From NCBI RefSeq assembly GCF_963921235.1, contig NC_086097.1, positions 160,210,001-160,274,000 on the forward strand: 64,000 bases of DNA. Reading direction: 5' to 3'. The DNA comes from Mobula hypostoma. Taxonomy: Eukaryota. The notes beneath the pieces were generated by a model that was not told where the DNA came from, searched no databases, and worked only from the letters and a program-made list of their open reading frames with translations. Shown piece by piece: positions 62,260-64,000 of the stretch. The position numbers and the translations under genes are program-made. The first letter of the stretch is position 1, and each line of letters opens with the position of its first letter.

Positions 62260-64000
62260 ACTCACCTTGTCAGCCATGGTTTTGTCATCCTGTCTTTGGA
62301 ATACTTCTTTGGAATGTATCTATCATGCATCTTCCAAATTGTTCCAGAAACTCCAGCCATTGCTTCTCTGCCGTCATCCTTGCTAATGTCTCCCTCCAAT
62401 CAACTTTGGCCAGCAATTCTCTCATGCCTCTGTAATTCACGGAAACATAGAAACATAGAAAAACTACAGCACATGTCCTTCAGCCCATGACGCTATGCCA
62501 AACATGTACTTATTTTATAAACTACCTAGGGTTACCCATAGCCCTCTATTTTTCTAAGCTCCATGTACCTATCCAAGAGTCTCTTAAAAGACCCTATTGT
62601 ATATGCCTCCAGCACCGTTGCCGGCAGCCCATTCCACGCACTCACACTCTCTGTGTAAATAACTTACCAATGACATCTCCTCTGTACCTACTTCAAAGCA
62701 CCTTAAAACTGTGCCCTCTCGTGTTAGCCATTTCAACCCTGGGAAAAAGCCTCTGACTATCCACACGATCAATGCCTCTCATCATCTTATACACCTCTAT
62801 CAGGTCACCTCTCATCCTCCATCACTCCAGGGGAAAAGGCCGAGTTCACTCAACCTATTCTCTTAGGGCATGCTCCCCAATCCAGGCAACATCCTTGTAA
62901 ATCTTCTTTGCATCTTTCTATAGTTTCCACATCCTTCCTGTAGTGAGGTAACCAGAACTGAGCACAGTACTCCAAGTGGGGACTGTCCAGGGTCCTATAA
63001 AGTTGTAATATTACCTCTCAGCTCTTAAACTCAATCCCATGGTTGATGAAGGCCAATGCACCATATGCCTTCTTAGCCATAGAGTCAACCTATGCAGCAA
63101 CTTTGAGTGCCCTGTGGACTCAGATCCCAAGATCCATCTGATCTTTCACACTGCCAAGAGTCTTACCATTAATACTATACTCTGCCATCATATTTTGACC
63201 TACCAAAATGAACCACCTCACACTTATCTGGGTTGAACTCCATCTGCCACTTCTCAGCCCAGTTTTGCATCCTATCAATGTCCCGCTGTAGCCTCTGACA
63301 GCCCTCCACACTATCCACAACACCCCCAACTTTTGTGTCATCAGCAAATTTACTAACCCATCCCTTCACTTCCTCATCCAGGTCATTTATAAAAATCACG
63401 AAGAGAAGGGATCCCAGAACAGATCCCTAAGGTACACCACTGGTCACTGACCTCCATGCAGAATATGACCCATTTACAACCACTCTTTGCCTTCTGTGGG
63501 CAAGCTAATTCTGGATCCACAAAACAAGATGTCCTTGAATCCCATGCCTCCTTACTTTCTCAATACGGTCTTGCATGGGGTACCTAATCTAATGCCTTGC
63601 TGATATTCCTGCACTCCACTGTAATACTGATACATCTGACTTTAGCTTTACCTTCTCAATTGCAGGATTAACTCTATCATGTTATGATCACTGATTCCTA
63701 AGGGTTCCTTTACCTTAAACTATCTAATCAAATCCACTTCATTACACAACACTCAATACAGATTAGCTGATTCCCTCGCACAAGCACAACCTGTTCTGAA
63801 AAGCCATCTTCTGGGCATTCTACAAATTCTCTCTTGGGGTCCAAAACAAACCTAGTTTTCCTAATCTACCTGCATATTGAAATCCCCCATGACTGGCGTA
63901 ACATTGCCCTTTTGATATGACTTTTCTATCTCCTGTTGTAATTTTTAGCCCACATTCTAGTTACTGTTTGGAAGCCTGTATATAACTCCCATTGGGGTTT
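62260..64000 (-). mobile_element. Older CR1 APE region (62260-62440 and 63610-64000) with a younger CR1 RT/3' fragment (about 62442-63605) nested in it
   Basis: Minus ORF FINDLDEEVKGWVSKFADDTK; (AGAAACAT)n tail at 62442; flanks match 40640-41200. Confidence 0.85.

Noticed and set aside
1119..63399. Many short ORFs antisense to or out of frame with LINE ORFs
   Set aside because: Shadow frames of retroelement coding sequence or random ORFs with no recognisable domains

Overview
Eukaryotic, repeat-dense, probably intergenic or intronic DNA from a vertebrate. The repeat mix (CR1 LINEs with esterase ORF1, Rex1/Babar, V-SINE/Deu-type SINEs, Penelope) suggests a cartilaginous fish; this is inference. 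No host protein-coding exon, rRNA, true tRNA gene or CRISPR array could be supported. Almost every ORF in the track belongs to a retroelement or is antisense noise. Main content: several CR1 subfamilies, including a near full-length copy (about 940-8590) split by a young Rex1/Babar LINE (3171-6777); a decayed Penelope-like element (RT plus GIY-YIG, about 33540-37605) with a hammerhead-ribozyme relic and three nested insertions; a deleted two-LTR Gypsy provirus (54134-56611); several solo LTRs; SINEs; and a 20-bp minisatellite grown from the 5' end of a truncated Rex copy. I found no convincing novel multi-gene system. The most interesting signals are structural: the Penelope hammerhead/palindrome family, the LINE-born minisatellite, fold-back palindromes, and a 43-bp triplet carrying TCF/LEF-type motifs in unique sequence. 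Family names come from motif recognition only, and most boundaries are approximate unless a target-site duplication (TSD) is quoted.
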